A stretch of DNA of 62,833 nt, filler included, from Choristocarpus tenellus KU-1152 (GCA_964200185.2; 8 parts of 8 records of this genome joined end to end with filler, not necessarily neighbours in it); one strand, 5' to 3'; counted from the first letter of the whole stretch, positions 36,536-50,700 are shown. Program-made: numbers and translations. Notes: generated by a model from the sequence alone, not told the origin.

Positions 36536-37430
36536 GTTCGGGCTAGGGCAAGTGGTCGATTGTTTGCGATAAAGCGCAGCAAGCGGGAGTTCCGAAGTAG
36601 GCGTGATAGGGACCGTTGCCTGCTGGAGGCCAAGGCGTTGCAGCGACTGGGCCAACATCCAGGAGTACTGAGGTTTGAGAGGGCCTGGCAGGAAGAGGGT
36701 CATTTCTGCTTACAGACGGAGCTGTGCGAGCTGGGGACACTGAAAGACTTTCTCGAGAGGGTGAGAAGAGACGAAACATTTTGCACGATGTGGGAGGGTG
36801 GGGAGAATATATATATGTATATATATATATTTATTTTTTGTTCAGGGGAAAAGTACAAGTGTCAGGGTTTTTTTCTCTCTTGTATTGAAGAGAATGAATT
36901 ATTATTAATAATAATAATAATAATATTAAGAATTAGTTCCGTATATGCGAGAAGAAATATTGTGTGCTATTTTTTTTATTTTGCTGAAGATAAGATGTGT
37001 ACTGCAAGGGAGAGGTTGGGAGAGGTGTCCTATTGCATGCACACATGTTTTGATTGAAGTGGTCAGTAAAATAGATGTGTAGTCATAGTCCACCTCCTTC
37101 CTTTTGCTCCCAACTTAACTCTGACCTCACGGTCATTTCCCACAGGGCCCAGGCACGTTTTTCTTATTTTTCCTCTCCCACAACCTTGCCATGCCATCCT
37201 AACAATTCTTGCATGTTTTCATTTGCACCTTGTCTCCCTACCCCCCCCCCCTGACAATAACAAAATGCCTTATTTTTTTTGTTCATTCTAGTTACCTGTA
37301 AGGGTGGAAATCCCAGAGGAGGCGGTATGGCAAGCGATTCATGATGTTGCAGCGGCCCTGCGCCATGTGCATGACCATCAAATGGTTCACCTTGATGTGA
37401 AGCCATCAAATTTACTCATCAGCGATTTGG
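36536..37430 (+). CDS. Wee1/Myt1-family protein kinase (PKMYT1-like), two internal exons
   Basis: Exons 36536-36760 and 37292-37430: FAIKRSKREFRSRRDRDRCLLEAKALQRLGQHPGVLRFERAWQEEGHFCLQTELC...|EEAVWQAIHDVAAALRHVHDHQMVHLDVKPSNLLI. The HLDxKPxN catalytic loop is typical of Wee1/Myt1. Confidence 0.88.
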
Positions 37431-37761
37431 GTGAGAGAGGGGAAGGGGGGAGCTTTGGCTTGGGGAAGGGGGGGGGAATGGTCAGGTAGGGGCGAAGGCT
37501 GTTGGTTGTGCTGATGGTTAGGGTTAGGGTACTGTGACAATATCTCCAGTGATTTTCTGGGTTTTTTATTCTGAGGACGATTTTGTTTGTAGAATGAGCT
37601 AGAAATATGTTGTGTCTGTATACTTTCTATGTGTAAAGAAGGCGTGTTTGCATGTGTAATATGTGTTTGTGATGTTTCTTGCAATGTTACGTTGATCATG
37701 TCTAACCCTAACCCTAACTGCTCTCTTGCCCGGTGTGTAAGAATGTCCTGAAGTCGTTCTT

Positions 37762-37868
37762 TTTAGTATTTGCTTGAATTGACTGGTTGATTGATGTTGG
37801 TAGACGTTGCTCTTCCTTTAGTATTTGCTTGAATTGACTGGTTGATTGATGTTGGTAGACATTGCTCT
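37762..37868. repeat. 55-bp tandem duplication (intronic)
   Basis: TTTAGTATTTGCTTGAATTGACTGGTTGATTGATGTTGGTAGAC at 37762 and 37817. Confidence 0.9.
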
Positions 37869-38200
37869 GTTGTGCAGCCTCGCTAGTAACTACCTCATCG
37901 TTGTAATTATAATACTATTTTTAGTGTCGATTAAAAAAAAAAACGAAAGTTTGAGATAGGTGAAATGAAGGACTCACATATGGAGTTTTGTATCAGTAAT
38001 TGCACCGGTAGTTGCCTGGCAACAATTGTTCCAGGAGAAGCGAAAGGGATGGGATGGGATAAAAAATATATATATATATATGTTTTTAAGGGATACCCTC
38101 GCTGCTGCCACCACAGAGTAAATTTTCCGCGAGAGGTAGGTACATTTAGAATGATGGGAATAGGGCAGATTTTTAGAACAGAAGCATTTTGTATGCAGGT

Positions 38201-38205
<5 letters not shown>

Positions 38206-38243
<38 letters not shown>
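38206..38243. repeat. (CT)n microsatellite
   Basis: Perfect CT run. Confidence 0.95.
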
Positions 38244-38245
<2 letters not shown>

Positions 38246-38731
38246 ATGGTTTGTACATCGTCGTCGGCACGATTGGAAGGAGCCCTAGTAGCCTACCTCT
38301 ACTACTGTTGTTAAGTTCTGTGAAGTTCTCGCTAGGAGGAAGGGGGTGTTCTATTTTCGACGCCCAGTTTCTAAAACGGTTTTTAAAATGGATGAAGAGC
38401 TCTCGTCGATCGTAGGTTATTATTTTTTTAAGAGAAAGAGGTAAGGGGGGAGGGGGGGAAAAAATGCAAGGTCGTTAACACCGAAGCGGCTGTTGGTATC
38501 GTAAGTGTCCCGTGGGTGGGTTTCTTTGAATGTTGTTTGGCTATTTTGGTTACGCGATGGAAAAGCTCCTGGGATTTTTTTTAATGTGCTCCTCGTGATT
38601 GTGCTCATCTCTTCGTTGTGCAGTGTGACCTGTAGTATTTGCAAGTGATGAATTGTTTTGAGTCTGGATATAAGGTGGGATCTTGCTGATGCAGTAACGC
38701 CCCTGCAGGAGTGGAAGCAGTACAGTACAAC

Positions 38732-38830
38732 TAGTAGTAGTAGTAGTGGTAGTGGTAGTAGTATAATAGTATGGTAGTAGTAGTAGTAGTAGCAGTAGTA
38801 GCAGTAGTAGTAGCAGTAGTAGTAGTAGTG
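38732..38830. repeat. (TAG/CAG)n microsatellite
   Basis: TAGTAGTAG...TAGCAGTAG. Confidence 0.9.
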
Positions 38831-39996
38831 CAAGTAGCTTCAGTCGGTACTTAGTTTGACGAGTAGTTTAGGGTGTGGTGGCTCTGTCCTCAACCCTTAG
38901 AGAGCTGTACGTGAGTTAAGCATATTGAGACCCCTATTGATTTTTGTGAGTGCGGGGGGGGAAGGGGGGGGGGGGGGGGGGGGGGGGGGGTGATTCATTC
39001 TCTAACGCAAGAGGTGAAATGAGAAAGAGAAAAAGAAATGTCGTAATCCCAATGTTTTTTGAGCGTTAGAAATAGTAATAGCAATAGCATGCGCTGTAGA
39101 ACGAAAATAAAAAAAGAGACAGTGCGGTGATGAATTTCTTATTATTTTTTGGAATGTACGATACGGATGGAGCCTCGGTCAGGCTTGTACCTTTTTGTGA
39201 CACGTAGTCAAGACCTGTAAACGTCTCTCCTGAAACGCTTGGGATGGCGGGCTAGGGACTCGATGAGGGTGTGTTGGAGGGTTGGTTGTGCCTTCTGTAC
39301 AGGTGCTGATACAGGGCTGTCGTAAGTCATCCCGTCGATCCTGTGGACACACTAGTTGGTATCTGTATCAGCGATGAAGAGGGTTAGTTACTCCTCCATT
39401 TTTCTTTTTTTTTCTTTTTGTTGTTTTGAGAAGGTAGGTTGTGGTTGAGTGTTGAATGTTGAATGTTTGCTGCCTGATGGAGGGTCGAAGAGGACCGATT
39501 GATCTTTTTTTTTTGAGGATTGTAACGGTCTCTACGCAGTAAATTGTTTGGAAAAAAAAGAAAGAAAGTCTGCTTGCAGTGGTTCCTTTCGCGAGGTATA
39601 AATTAATTTTATTATTTTTATTGAAGTGAGAAAATTGTTTTGGTGAGTATCTGAATTTTTTTTTTAACGTTTTTTGTGTGTGTGTGTGTGGTACAATTCC
39701 GGACTGAGAATCTGAAAATATATAGCTTTTTAGTATATAATGGATAGATTCTGAATAGGGCATGCGTTGGTGTTATAGGTTAAGGAGGCGGGGTTCCCAC
39801 TCTAGGGGTTGCTTTATGAAGATTTGGAGTGTTGTAGCATTTTGGGGTGAACAATTGACTTTTTGATGTTGTCGGATACACACTGGAGTGTTGTGCCGCC
39901 ACACTTTCCCTCTGTTCCCCTCCCCCCCCCCCCAAACACATAACAATATATATTTATATATTTTTTTTTTATAATAATAAAATTTTTTTTTTTTTT

Positions 39997-40096
39997 NNNN
40001 NNNNNNNNNNNNNNNNNNNNNNNNNNNNNNNNNNNNNNNNTTAATTAATTAANNNNNNNNNNNNNNNNNNNNNNNNNNNNNNNNNNNNNNNNNNNN
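39997..40096. other. Artificial contig linker
   Basis: N44-TTAATTAATTAA-N44. Confidence 0.99.
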
Positions 40097-42125
40097 GCAC
40101 GTTTTGTGCGATATTGGGCAGGCATGCATTAACCTGGACTTATATGCCATACCAAGGGGGGCGAGATCCTGATTTGTGGGTACTGGTACCCAAGCTGTGC
40201 CCTTGCCGTGTGTATGTACATCCTGCGTGCTTCGACCATAGGGTATGCAGTGAAAGGCCACTATCTCAGTTTTTTTCATTACACCAGGATACCACCACAC
40301 TTCACTGGCCGTTTATGCTGTTGTCGACACTACCTTCATGGGTATGTGGCACCATGAATCCTGTCTGACGATAGTGACAAGTATTCATTGCTTTATGTCT
40401 AGCGATAGCTTCTAGAGATGTCACAGACATACAAGCAAGTCATTTCGCATCAAGTCCTGCTGTACATATTGACTGACACCAAACATGCTCCTACTGTGCC
40501 GTGGCACTAGCAGGAGCCAGTCATCTCACATCCACATGTTGCTTACAAGTGCTTGCCGCCAAGCACCTGACTCTGCAACTGCTTGAACTGAGCGCCTGTA
40601 CACAGCCGATGGTCGCTGCTAGCATGTGCAAATGATCAATCGATCGCCATGGCACAGACATAGGAATATGTGCAGTTTCAATGGCGGCGCAACCCTCACC
40701 CCGAACCTAAATCTTCAATTCTGCCATGAAGTGTAGCCCTGAAGCATTGCACGTGGTGTGTGGGGAACACTGGCGAGGGCACCAGTGACTTGAGCCTGTT
40801 GTTTGTGTCAAAACGATTTCATCTCCTCTAACTGAAAAAAACCTTGTCGACAAGTTAAAAATGTGTGCCACAGGGTCAGGTTCGGGGGCAAGTGCTACCC
40901 AACAAGGTTATGGGTAGTAGGGGCAGTGCCTTCTTTAACACATGAAAGCACGAGGGGAAGCATAAGGACACATCAGGTGTCACTGACAAATGGACAGAAA
41001 GACAAGTACTGGAATTATGACATGAACACAAAATAAATCAAGTCAGTAAAACATAGCAATATGGTGTTTGTAAGAGGACCATTGTACAAATTGAGTTCAT
41101 TTTTTGAGATCGTCACGCTTATTTTTGAAAAAGCACAAATGTAAGATATGTCCAGCCCGAAATGGCAAGACATGCCTTTGTTTTTCTGGATTTTTTGACA
41201 AGCATGCAATGAAAAGGTACTTCTATTATATCGTCTGCACCAGCAGTCTCACTACTGGTTGTCGTCGTGGCATATGCTGCACTTACGTGTTGATGTAGAA
41301 TCGTTAGCATTGCTTTTATGGCAGACCCACACCCCTTTATTGCATAGCATGGAAACAGAAATAAAACGCAATTCCAATTTGAAAAGATCATGAAGCAATC
41401 TTTTGCCTCTGGTAGATACGAAGTTCCCAGAACAGAGCATATGGTTTGAGTACATCAACGTACTCGGCAACTGTAATTTAAAAGGTTCCATACTTTGTTT
41501 TGTTATTGTAAAAAAATATAATAGTACACAGACTGGAAACTTCACTCGCTCACGGACCTTGAATAAGCAAATCTGAGCTCATTGCAGTCCTTTCAACCTG
41601 GACGTGCACAAGAGTTCATCATGAACTCTTTCCTTGGACCGACATACAACACGAGGGGGGACAGCTGACAAGAAAAATCTCTCTCCCTCGTGTGCAAAGC
41701 TAACATACAACATACCGATTGAGCCATCCTCACTTTTGTGCCATTTCATTCATTGCCCAAGCACAACCTGTAAGCAATTTTGACCAACCTAGGGGGTGGG
41801 CAATTCTTGTCAAAAACTATACAAAGTAGTAAACATTTGCTTTGCTCATACACGTGTTACGTGAACTCTTTGCCTGACATCATTGGTACTTCTCAAAAAA
41901 TTGTAAATACATTGAACATCTAATCCTTGCTTATTTACATTCAGCAAGGGCTGCTAGCTGCCTATTTCCCACCAACATGCACCCAACCACTTCAACCAGG
42001 ATGCACGGGAAAGTAGCCTCTGACTTACCAACGAAGAAGGGATTTACCTGTGAAGTGGTTGAACACTAAGCCACCAACTACTCGAACTATAGCTATCAGT
42101 GATCAACCGAAATGCAGTTGGCCTG

Positions 42126-45080
42126 TCAAAGCATATTTTTAACTATATCACGCTTTCTTATGGGATGTCCCCAAAACTTTGTGATTGACTCCCGCAGGTC
42201 CTGGCTCCCTGGTGGAGCAATAAAACCCGGGGCATCACTATCCATTCTGATCATGGGGTAGCCGCCCATAACCGGATTCATGCCAAAGTAGCCACCCATC
42301 AGCGGGTTCATGGGGTAGCCATACATAGGTGGAACCATGCCATAGCCCCCAATCCCAGGCATCACAGCCCCATATGTGTTGGGCATTACCACACCGTAAC
42401 CAGGGTACAAACCTCCATGCTGGTGGATAGGTGCAAAACACAAAGAACGAGTGGTACGGGCAGTAAATATCAAGTTAGCTTTGCAAACTTTTCAACAGGG
42501 CGTACAGTGATTGTATTTATTCTTTGAGATCGTTTGATCCAAACTAGATTTCAGCAATGTCTATCAGAGTTGCGTGCTTGTTTATCTTGAAATTTGCTCC
42601 ATAGTATGGTGCTACAACAGAAGTTATGAACGACATACACTCGCACATCTTTGCTTTCATGTGGAGTGCTCTGCAGACAGGACAGTGCGTAGCTACCAGT
42701 ATGCTCCCCATCAACAATGCACAACAAACGGAATTCAAAATCGACCAGGAGGTGGTTGGGGGGTTGCATTTGCGGCAACAAATCCAAGAGAGATGAAAAT
42801 TTTGCCTCCTCAAAGTGGAATTTGATTATATTATGCAGTAGTGCCAAAGCGCACACAGTTGAAACACAGCCAAGGGAATCAATCTACAATGGGTCACACA
42901 AGGGTGCACCAGAAACAGTACCAGCTTCAACATCAATCTCAAAATTTCTCAATTTTGCACTGTGCCTTAGTTTTGACAGAGGTCACAATCTGAGGTATAG
43001 AGATTCACTCTGAAGCATGATCAGCAACCCCCCACCTCACCACTCATCTGCATCCCTTCCATCACATACAGTGCACCTACCAACACACGCAAAAGGACTT
43101 CCTCAGATAGATTCTTCCTAGCAGATTTTGAGGCGGGAGGGTGTCAGTTTTGCTCAGTTCTTTATGGGATGGGTACAATGTCTATTCATACGCCCAAATC
43201 TCTACAAAAGATAGCACATAATTGAAGAGGGGTCCTGCCTGCCAGCACATCAAGGCCTGAGATTTGATCACATGCAGGGGAGTATTGTGACCTGCAGGGG
43301 TGATCAAGAGTAAGTAAGTTTTGACAGAGCCGAAGGAGGTTTGAATCCTTTGGAAATGAATTCCACCTGGTGCCCCATGGTTCTTGGGATTATCATTATG
43401 TACTATATGCACTTCCCCACAAACCTCTAAGCTAAATAAGAACACAGTGGGAGGTTCAATATGTTACAGGTGAAATGCTTATGGTCAGAATTGCTGGGTA
43501 CAATACAGACTTGTGTACTCTGGTGGAACAATGAAGCTTTCCAATGGGCAAAAAAACACAATAAATATATCCACAGTGTCATACTCTATCTCAGACACAA
43601 CAGGGTAGCATTCAAGCTCTTGCACATGTGTGACCAGGCAGAAAGTATCTGCACTGGCCTCTGCTTTATTGCATAACCATAGTTCTCTTTGCTTCATCTC
43701 AAAACAAGAAAGCAGGGCGGCAAGCACACGAACTCTTGGACACACAGGCTCTTCTAAGTATGTGGGGGGGGGAGGGTAGCAGCGGCTGTCCATTTGGGGC
43801 CCATTTCTCCATGTCGCAATTTTTTTGTGATTTGGTTGCATATGTCAGATGGATAATGTAAGTGCACTTTTCCTGGTCAGGGCCTAAATGGACACCCTGG
43901 TGCAGCAAGATAGAAATAACTGCACTGACCTTTGCTGCACTGGATAACCTACCCCAAGTCAAGAGTATACTATGGAAAAGAAAGGTGCACTGCAACCTTC
44001 AACTCATCTAGAGCTCCAGTAAAGCACCAAAGAGGCGAATGCAATCATCTCTCCTCTTCAATTCACATTCTTGTCTGGTCACACACAATTGTTACATCTT
44101 ACTCCTCCCCCTTGCCATCATCTACTCTCCTCAATTGGTGTCCTACATTTATACTGCAACAGGTGTTCAAAGTTGCCAATAGCTCAAAACATTTAAATCA
44201 GGGATAACACAGCTCGAGTTCACCATTGAATAAAAGTAATTTGGCCCTTTCTTGTATGTCCGTGTAACAGGCTAACAAACCAAGAACACCAAGACATTGA
44301 CATTAATCCAAAATTATGTGAGATGTGAGATATGAATAAAATATGCACACACAAACTGACTTTGTAGCACCATGGAACTCCTACAGCATGCAGTCAAATT
44401 CTAAACTCAAGAATATCTATCGTGCTACCTACTACCTTACTAGGGAACATCTCAATTCAGGAGGAACACATTCCAAACCTGTTGAACACCATCATTTCAG
44501 AGCAAACTTAACTTGCAGGACATAAGAAACAAAAAACGCAATCTCACTCTCCTTTATGTGCAAATTTAAAAAAAATCATGTGTACTTCATACTATGTTTG
44601 TAAAAGATCATCAGAGTAATTTATTCCTTAGGTGCATACTTTGTGTGCAGCATACCTGAATCATAGGTGGCATGAATACTGCCGGATGAGGAACACCCAC
44701 TCCAACTGTGGGGTACTGCTGTAACACATAGTGGGCAGAACCATAAAAACAAAGGCAAAAGGAATATTTTATGCAACAGCGAAGGGGTGTAATGTGAGAG
44801 AGGATACACAGTACTTTCCAGAGCGACAGGCGTGCATCAAGCGCTCACAAACAGGAAAATGTATGAAAAAAACTGTGATGTTCTATAACAATGCCTGAGA
44901 GATGTAAATAATAAATAATAAATCAAGTAATAAAAACAAAACAAGATAGCCTAGATGTGCAGCGCATGAACAAACAAAAAAGTAAACTGTAGGATGCCTA
45001 TTTCAACAAAACTGAGTGTGTACAGTGTTTGCAATACATCAAATTATTGGCAGGACAGGAGGAGAGTACAAGGAGAAACT

Positions 45081-45124
<44 letters not shown>

Positions 45125-48080
45125 TCCAGTGTAAGCAATTGAAATGTTGCTTATGCAGCCCAGTACAGTATCCCTGCCTTGCTTGTCATCATCTACTCAC
45201 CAAGGAGAGATACAACCTAGTTCTATCCAGGGACTACAATACATTGACGAGACTACATCATACAACTGAACTTTGTACTAAGCTATCGAAATAAAAAAAA
45301 ACATAAAGGGATCAAACAAAGTAAGATCTGCATCCAACGAAGACACGTGTGCACGAAAATATTTAGCCCACCATGTTACGTCATTGGCCTTCACCTGTTG
45401 AGCTGTGAAGCCTGCTTGAACAGGGGATGAACCTGTAGACTCTCCGACTGCAGCAGTTTCCACCCCTTTTACCTCTTCAGTGTTGGTTGATACTTTCACG
45501 TTTGCCACTGGTTCAGTGTTGGTTGACGCTTTCGCTTCTTCTACTGGTACAGTGTTTGCTGAAACACTTTTGAATATGTAGCCCATAACAATTCAAGGGA
45601 CATATGTCCACATTCCAATTAAACACCCCATCAGCATCCCATGAAGCCAAAACATTTCATAGCAGGCAAGAACAAATGTAGTAAACGTTATCACACTGTG
45701 GAAATGCATAGACCTGCAGTACTAAAGACACAAAAGATGCATGCATAGCATATTCTACGAGGAACACAAGGCAAAAAAGGGAAAGCAAGGTGAGAACTGA
45801 ATTAAGTGACTCAAGTGAGCTACACCAGATTTCCATACCTTACCTCTGACAATAATAAAAAATGTATTGACATGGCTACCTCAAGCTGGTTGACGTATAC
45901 CTAAGTTCCTATCACGCCTTCCATAACGCAACTAAACACATAATCCAAACAAAATAGTAGGGAGGCATATTTTGCCCTTGGTGTTCTCCAAACATTCCCC
46001 TAAATAAATTATCAAGATAATTCAACACCTCCGCAATGTTATTCCTCACAACACAGTATCAACAGCTACTGAACACGTGAAGTTTTAATTGGCTGTAGGG
46101 TTCAGCCCAGAGTTTCTCAAATTGGCCCATCACCTCCCTCGGGATGCCAACCTCCATCAGGCAGCAGAAAGCATACTCCACACACTTCTACAGCCTCACT
46201 CACTCAAATGAAAACGTGTTGTGAGCCCCAGAACAAGATCTCACCTTGATTCACTCTTTTCAACCTCCTTCACGCCCTTATCATTGAGCTTTTCCCATGC
46301 AACGCACCCCTCGATGTTGACCTTCCCGACTGGCTGTCCATTGGGGTCATATAGGGAGTACCATTCATCCTTAGGTATGTTGCTAAAGGAGCTGCATTAC
46401 GTCATAGAGGGTGGATGTTAGAAGAGTTTGGACATAATCAGGGAGGGGGCAGGGGATGCAAGGGTTGAACTTACTATTGATTGAACTAGATTGAATGTGT
46501 CAGGTTGGAGGTAAGGGAGTGTGCAGAAAAAAAAAAATGAACAGCTACCTAAAAGAAAAAGAAGCAATGAAATATTTCCTTGTAGTACAGCTATTCACGG
46601 TTCCATTCTCAGTGTAGTGCCATCTGTCATGCCCACCTCACTTTGTGTGGAAGGCCTGTTGAAGAGGACAAAAAAAAAAAAGTGGTCAAGAGCACGATAT
46701 CTCTCATCTCTACAGCGTTGGCAATTCAACAGCTTCATTAGTTGCAAACAATTTCCCAGTGTTCTTTCCTTTCCCTATTTCTACGGTCCTGCTCCCCTAG
46801 AAAACCTTTCGTCAAGATCAATATTAATAAATCTATCCTTCTCTCAACACCCCCGTACCTCAGTCGAATCTTGCCAATTCCAATGGAGTTCGTCCCAGTG
46901 ATATTCTTGCTCTTGAGCTCAATCGCCATGCACTCATTAAGATCAATCCCCTAAGGGCAGGCCATATCAACAAATGCCAAACAGGTTTTCGCGATCTTAG
47001 TGGCGGGGTGAGAGCGGGGTGAGAGAGGGCGTGGGAAGTTGATATGTGCTAGTATGGTGCATAGGGGATCAGGTAGGTAGAGTTGGTGCTTGAGGTCCTT
47101 AGAAATATATGGCCAAGACAACAGGCTTGATGAGTAGTGAAGAGTCTGTGCACCAACAGATTGCTTGAATTTCTTTTGTCATCCATTGGGAGCACAGTGG
47201 CACTACCGCATATCGGATGCACCACATAGTGGGTTAAGATGGTGGGGGTTCATCATCAGACTTCTTCACATGAACATTCACACCTACTATCTTGTGAGCA
47301 GTTGGATGCCAAGAACAAAAGAACATTGTGTCCACATGCAGAGATCTCTCCTCATATAACTTAATTTAATGTACTTTTGCAAACCACTATTTAAAGGCAC
47401 AGCTTATTTCTATCCTCCTATCCTTACAAGGCACACAACCTTTAATCACCTTTAGATATAGAGCCTGCAATACCGTCCTCACAACTGTCCTTGACCATCG
47501 CTTACGCACCTCAATGTTGAACATAAAATACTCGTTCCATGTAGGTGTGGAGCCCCCATCCTTGCTGACCTTGGTCTTGACCTTGTGAGGGTTCTCCCAC
47601 CCAAACCCTACCCAAATGCTGACATATGGATCTTGCTCTTCAACCATCTTTAAAGTTGCAACAGGTCATCATCAATCCCCTCGTGAGGTCGGAGCAGAAA
47701 CGCACAAGAGTACGAGCTGGAGGGCAATCTACCCTGTGAGCACTGTGAAGACCCCAGCCACCATTCGCTCATTTATATTATTATAGAAGGTATCTACTAA
47801 CGATGCTGCTCCTACTGCGGTATTCCCCATGGGGAAGACCCTACCCCTGTACATAATAAAAAAGGATGAGAATGAAGCGGTAGTCTAGCACTTCAAGAAC
47901 ACAGACAACCCAGGCGCAGCACCTGACGGGCAAGTACCCTATTGTCAAAACCTGCCTGGGTAGCCGAAGAAATGGTAGATAGTGTTTGTTTAACACCATA
48001 GCATGACACGACCCTAAAAGTAGACTACTCACTCGATTCACTGTTAGCTGAACCATCCCATATTTGCGCTGGCCGCTCAT
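42126..48080 (-). CDS. C2-domain protein with Gly/Pro/Met/Tyr-rich C-terminal tail
   Basis: Exons 47647-47510 (MVEEQDPYVSIW...KTKVSKDGGSTPTWNEYFMFNIE), 46950-46859, 46391-46245 (EWYSLYDPNGQPVGKVNI), 45566-45395, 44718-44656 and 42419-42126 splice in frame. The first exon is probably 48080-48033 (MSGQRKYGMVQLTVNR), and a small exon may be missing. An alternative last exon at 41664-41579 is possible. Confidence 0.8.
43751..43905 (-). mobile_element. MITE family A, decayed copy lacking one TIR
   Basis: AAGTATGTG(G)n...GCGGCTGTCCATTTGGGG...GTGATTTGGTTGCA...GATGGATAATGTAA...GCACTTTTCCT...GACACCCTGGTG matches 14858-15010. Confidence 0.8.
45084..45122. repeat. (GA)n microsatellite
   Basis: Perfect GA run. 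Confidence 0.95.
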
Positions 48081-49139
48081 AGTGTCATACGTCAGTGATT
48101 CTTAAAAGTATGAAGGACCCCCTTTCTCAGCTTCGGCGGGCTATAATGCCAAGGAGGCAAGACAGGAGGACCTGACGAAAAAATGCTCCCAAAAATTTCT
48201 GAGAGTAAGGGTAAATTTTTCGAAGGCCACCGTACTACTGTGCAGTGTCTGGGAACGGGAAAATGATTGACAGGTTGACACTTCGCCAACTGGTCCCATG
48301 TGCTATCACGTTTTAGTGATACCTGACATGTCCAATATCAATAGCATACGATCTGTGATTATGGAAAAGACAACTAACCCAGCATATCTCATCTGAAGGG
48401 AACAACTGTGGAGAACGTTATCTTGTCCAGCATCCAGCAGTGAATGATGTGGCTTACCAGTGAATCTAAAAGCTGTCCTGCCTTCTTCACACACAAGAAG
48501 AGAAGGTTGGGCGGGGTCTCTGTCGGCATATGTTGCTCCATCTCCTCCGACCGAGTATTCTCTTAAGTCCACCTTCGGGCCTGCTTGAGGTGTACCAAGT
48601 GTACAGGGAGTGTTAAGCGTGTTTGGTCCCTCTCTTTGGGCCACAGTCGACTGGTAACTGGTGAAAACCAACTACTAAATTTCCACTTCTTCCACGTAGT
48701 ATTCGAGAAATGGAACTCACATCCAATTACAGATCACCTTCACACCTGATACTACATGAACCCTTAACCTTCAATGAATATGTCGCATGGCTTCAATAAC
48801 TCATTACTAATCTTCATATCCACATTTTGGACCAACACAATATCGTATAATAGTAGTACAAATATTAAATATTATATTTCTTTTTTGAACATTTTACTGA
48901 TGTGTCAGGGGAAAAACCAAGGAAAAACTATTCACATCTCAGAAAAATCTCTAAAAAGGAGTGAAAATTATCACAAATGTGAAAACAAAAATATAGTTAC
49001 TGCTGCTATATTGTTTATATTTATATTATTATGCCCTCTGACATTTATATCGTGTAACATTTTCCAGATGTGTTGAAGGGAAAATTGATGAAAAAACAAT
49101 AATATGAGAACATCTGGAAAAGTAACTCCTCCCTATTAG

Positions 49140-49595
49140 GACAAAGGCCTCCTCCTAGATGTTGCTTTTGGAGAAGTGCAAAAGCAGCCTCCCATCTACC
49201 ACACTCATTCACGAGCAATGATGTAACTGTTGCTGCAGCTCAGGAACGAAAGCACACCCAATATGAGGGTTCTCTTGACCCTTGTAGTTACAACCTCAAC
49301 ACGTTCACGGTTGAAAGTTTTGGGGGCCTATATAAGTAAGCAGAAAGTTTTGTAGATGAGCTCGCTACACATGCAGTGGGGGGGAAGTATCCGGGACGTT
49401 ATAGCAGTAGAGAGCCTGTCAAATCCCGCTTACGACAGATAGTGTCCGGTACAACTCGAGACAATGGACAGATAGATAGGCAAGAAGGGGCCAATCAGAT
49501 TCTTGGCGTGCTTCCCTAGGTCCTCGCACACTTGAGTAGGACAAAGCTGGGGGTCAGAGGCATAACACCACTGTATGCATGACATTGTAATTACT
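49140..49595 (+). mobile_element. Decayed 5'-truncated non-LTR retrotransposon (RLE-type 3' end)
   Basis: Translates with disruptions to KGLLLDVAF...RKHTQYEGSLDPCSYNLNTFTVESFG...AESFVDELATHAVG; homologous to the inverted copy at 49890-50700. Confidence 0.72.
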
Positions 49596-49889
49596 AACCT
49601 TGAAGGGCGTGTTGTAGTATAGGCAGTATTAAAATAGTAAGTAGTTTTTGGAGATTTTCTTTTGCATTTACGACAATTGTCTGTTTCTTTTAGAGGGGTC
49701 CTTGTGATATTAGTTTGACTTTTTTCCTGACATATCTGAAAAATGTTAAGAGGGCATAATAATATATATAAACCTACATCATGACGACCCCTGTAACACT
49801 AACAATTGTCATGAATGTAAAGGCACTTCCCTAATTTTCTTTTACTGTTTGAATACTACTTATACAACAATTCTCCCTTGGAATGGGAA

Positions 49890-50700
49890 ATGAAAATGTA
49901 GTGTGCGCACAATGCTGCTATGCCTCTGACTTGGTTTAGCGCCTACAAATGTGGGAGATAAGCTAGGGAAGCATCCCAAGAATCTTGCAGATCCCTTTTT
50001 TACCAATTGTCTGGTAATGTCTCGCTTAAAATGTATGACACATCTCGAGAGAGCTGGACTTGTGAAGTGATGGACGCAATATATTGTAATGGGGATTTGA
50101 CAGTCCCTCCCCTACAATGTCCTCCTGTCCCTCTCCCTCCTACTGCTGCATGTGTGGTTAACTAATCTAAGAAACTTTCTGCTTGCTTACGAAAGTGCCC
50201 AAAACGTTCAACCACGAAGAAGTTGAGGTTATAACTACAAGGGTCAAAGGATCCCTTGTAGTGGGCGCGCCCTTTTGCGCCTCAGCTGAAGCATCAGCTA
50301 TGCCATTGATGGTGGATGAGTGGGGCTCCTTAGACTTGTGTAAAAGCAACATCCAGAAGGAGGCCTTTGTTCAGGTAGGGACTTGAGCCAGCATCTGCAA
50401 GTGTCCCAGCACGGAAGACCACATCCATGTAGAAGTTCCAGTCCACTGTGAATCGACTGCCATCCTCCATAGTGTAAGGGACACCTATTCTCTTGCGTGT
50501 TGGTCTATAGATGTTTAACCATCAGTGTGTGCTGGTGCACCTGTCCTCCCGTCCTAGGGCAGGCATGAACAGGTTGGGTGTCAACATTATGCTCCCTCCA
50601 CCTGGCCACTGGGCACCTGTTGGATAGGGCCTCCTCCCTACAGAGATCTGCCAGCAGTGAGTCTAAACTCTATGAGAGGGATCTGGCACACTGGTACTGG
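49890..50700 (-). mobile_element. Decayed non-LTR retrotransposon 3' end (Cys/His knuckle + restriction-like endonuclease region)
   Basis: Minus strand reads ...VHACPRTGGQVHQH...RIGVPYTMEDGSRFTVDWNFYMDVVFRAGTLAD...NKGLLLDVAF...HYKGSFDPCSYNLNFFVVERFG...AESFLD*LTTHA, with stops and frameshifts. Confidence 0.72.

Noticed and set aside
38420-38833. 137-aa Tyr/Cys-rich ORF
   Set aside because: Translation of a (TAG)n microsatellite inside an intron.
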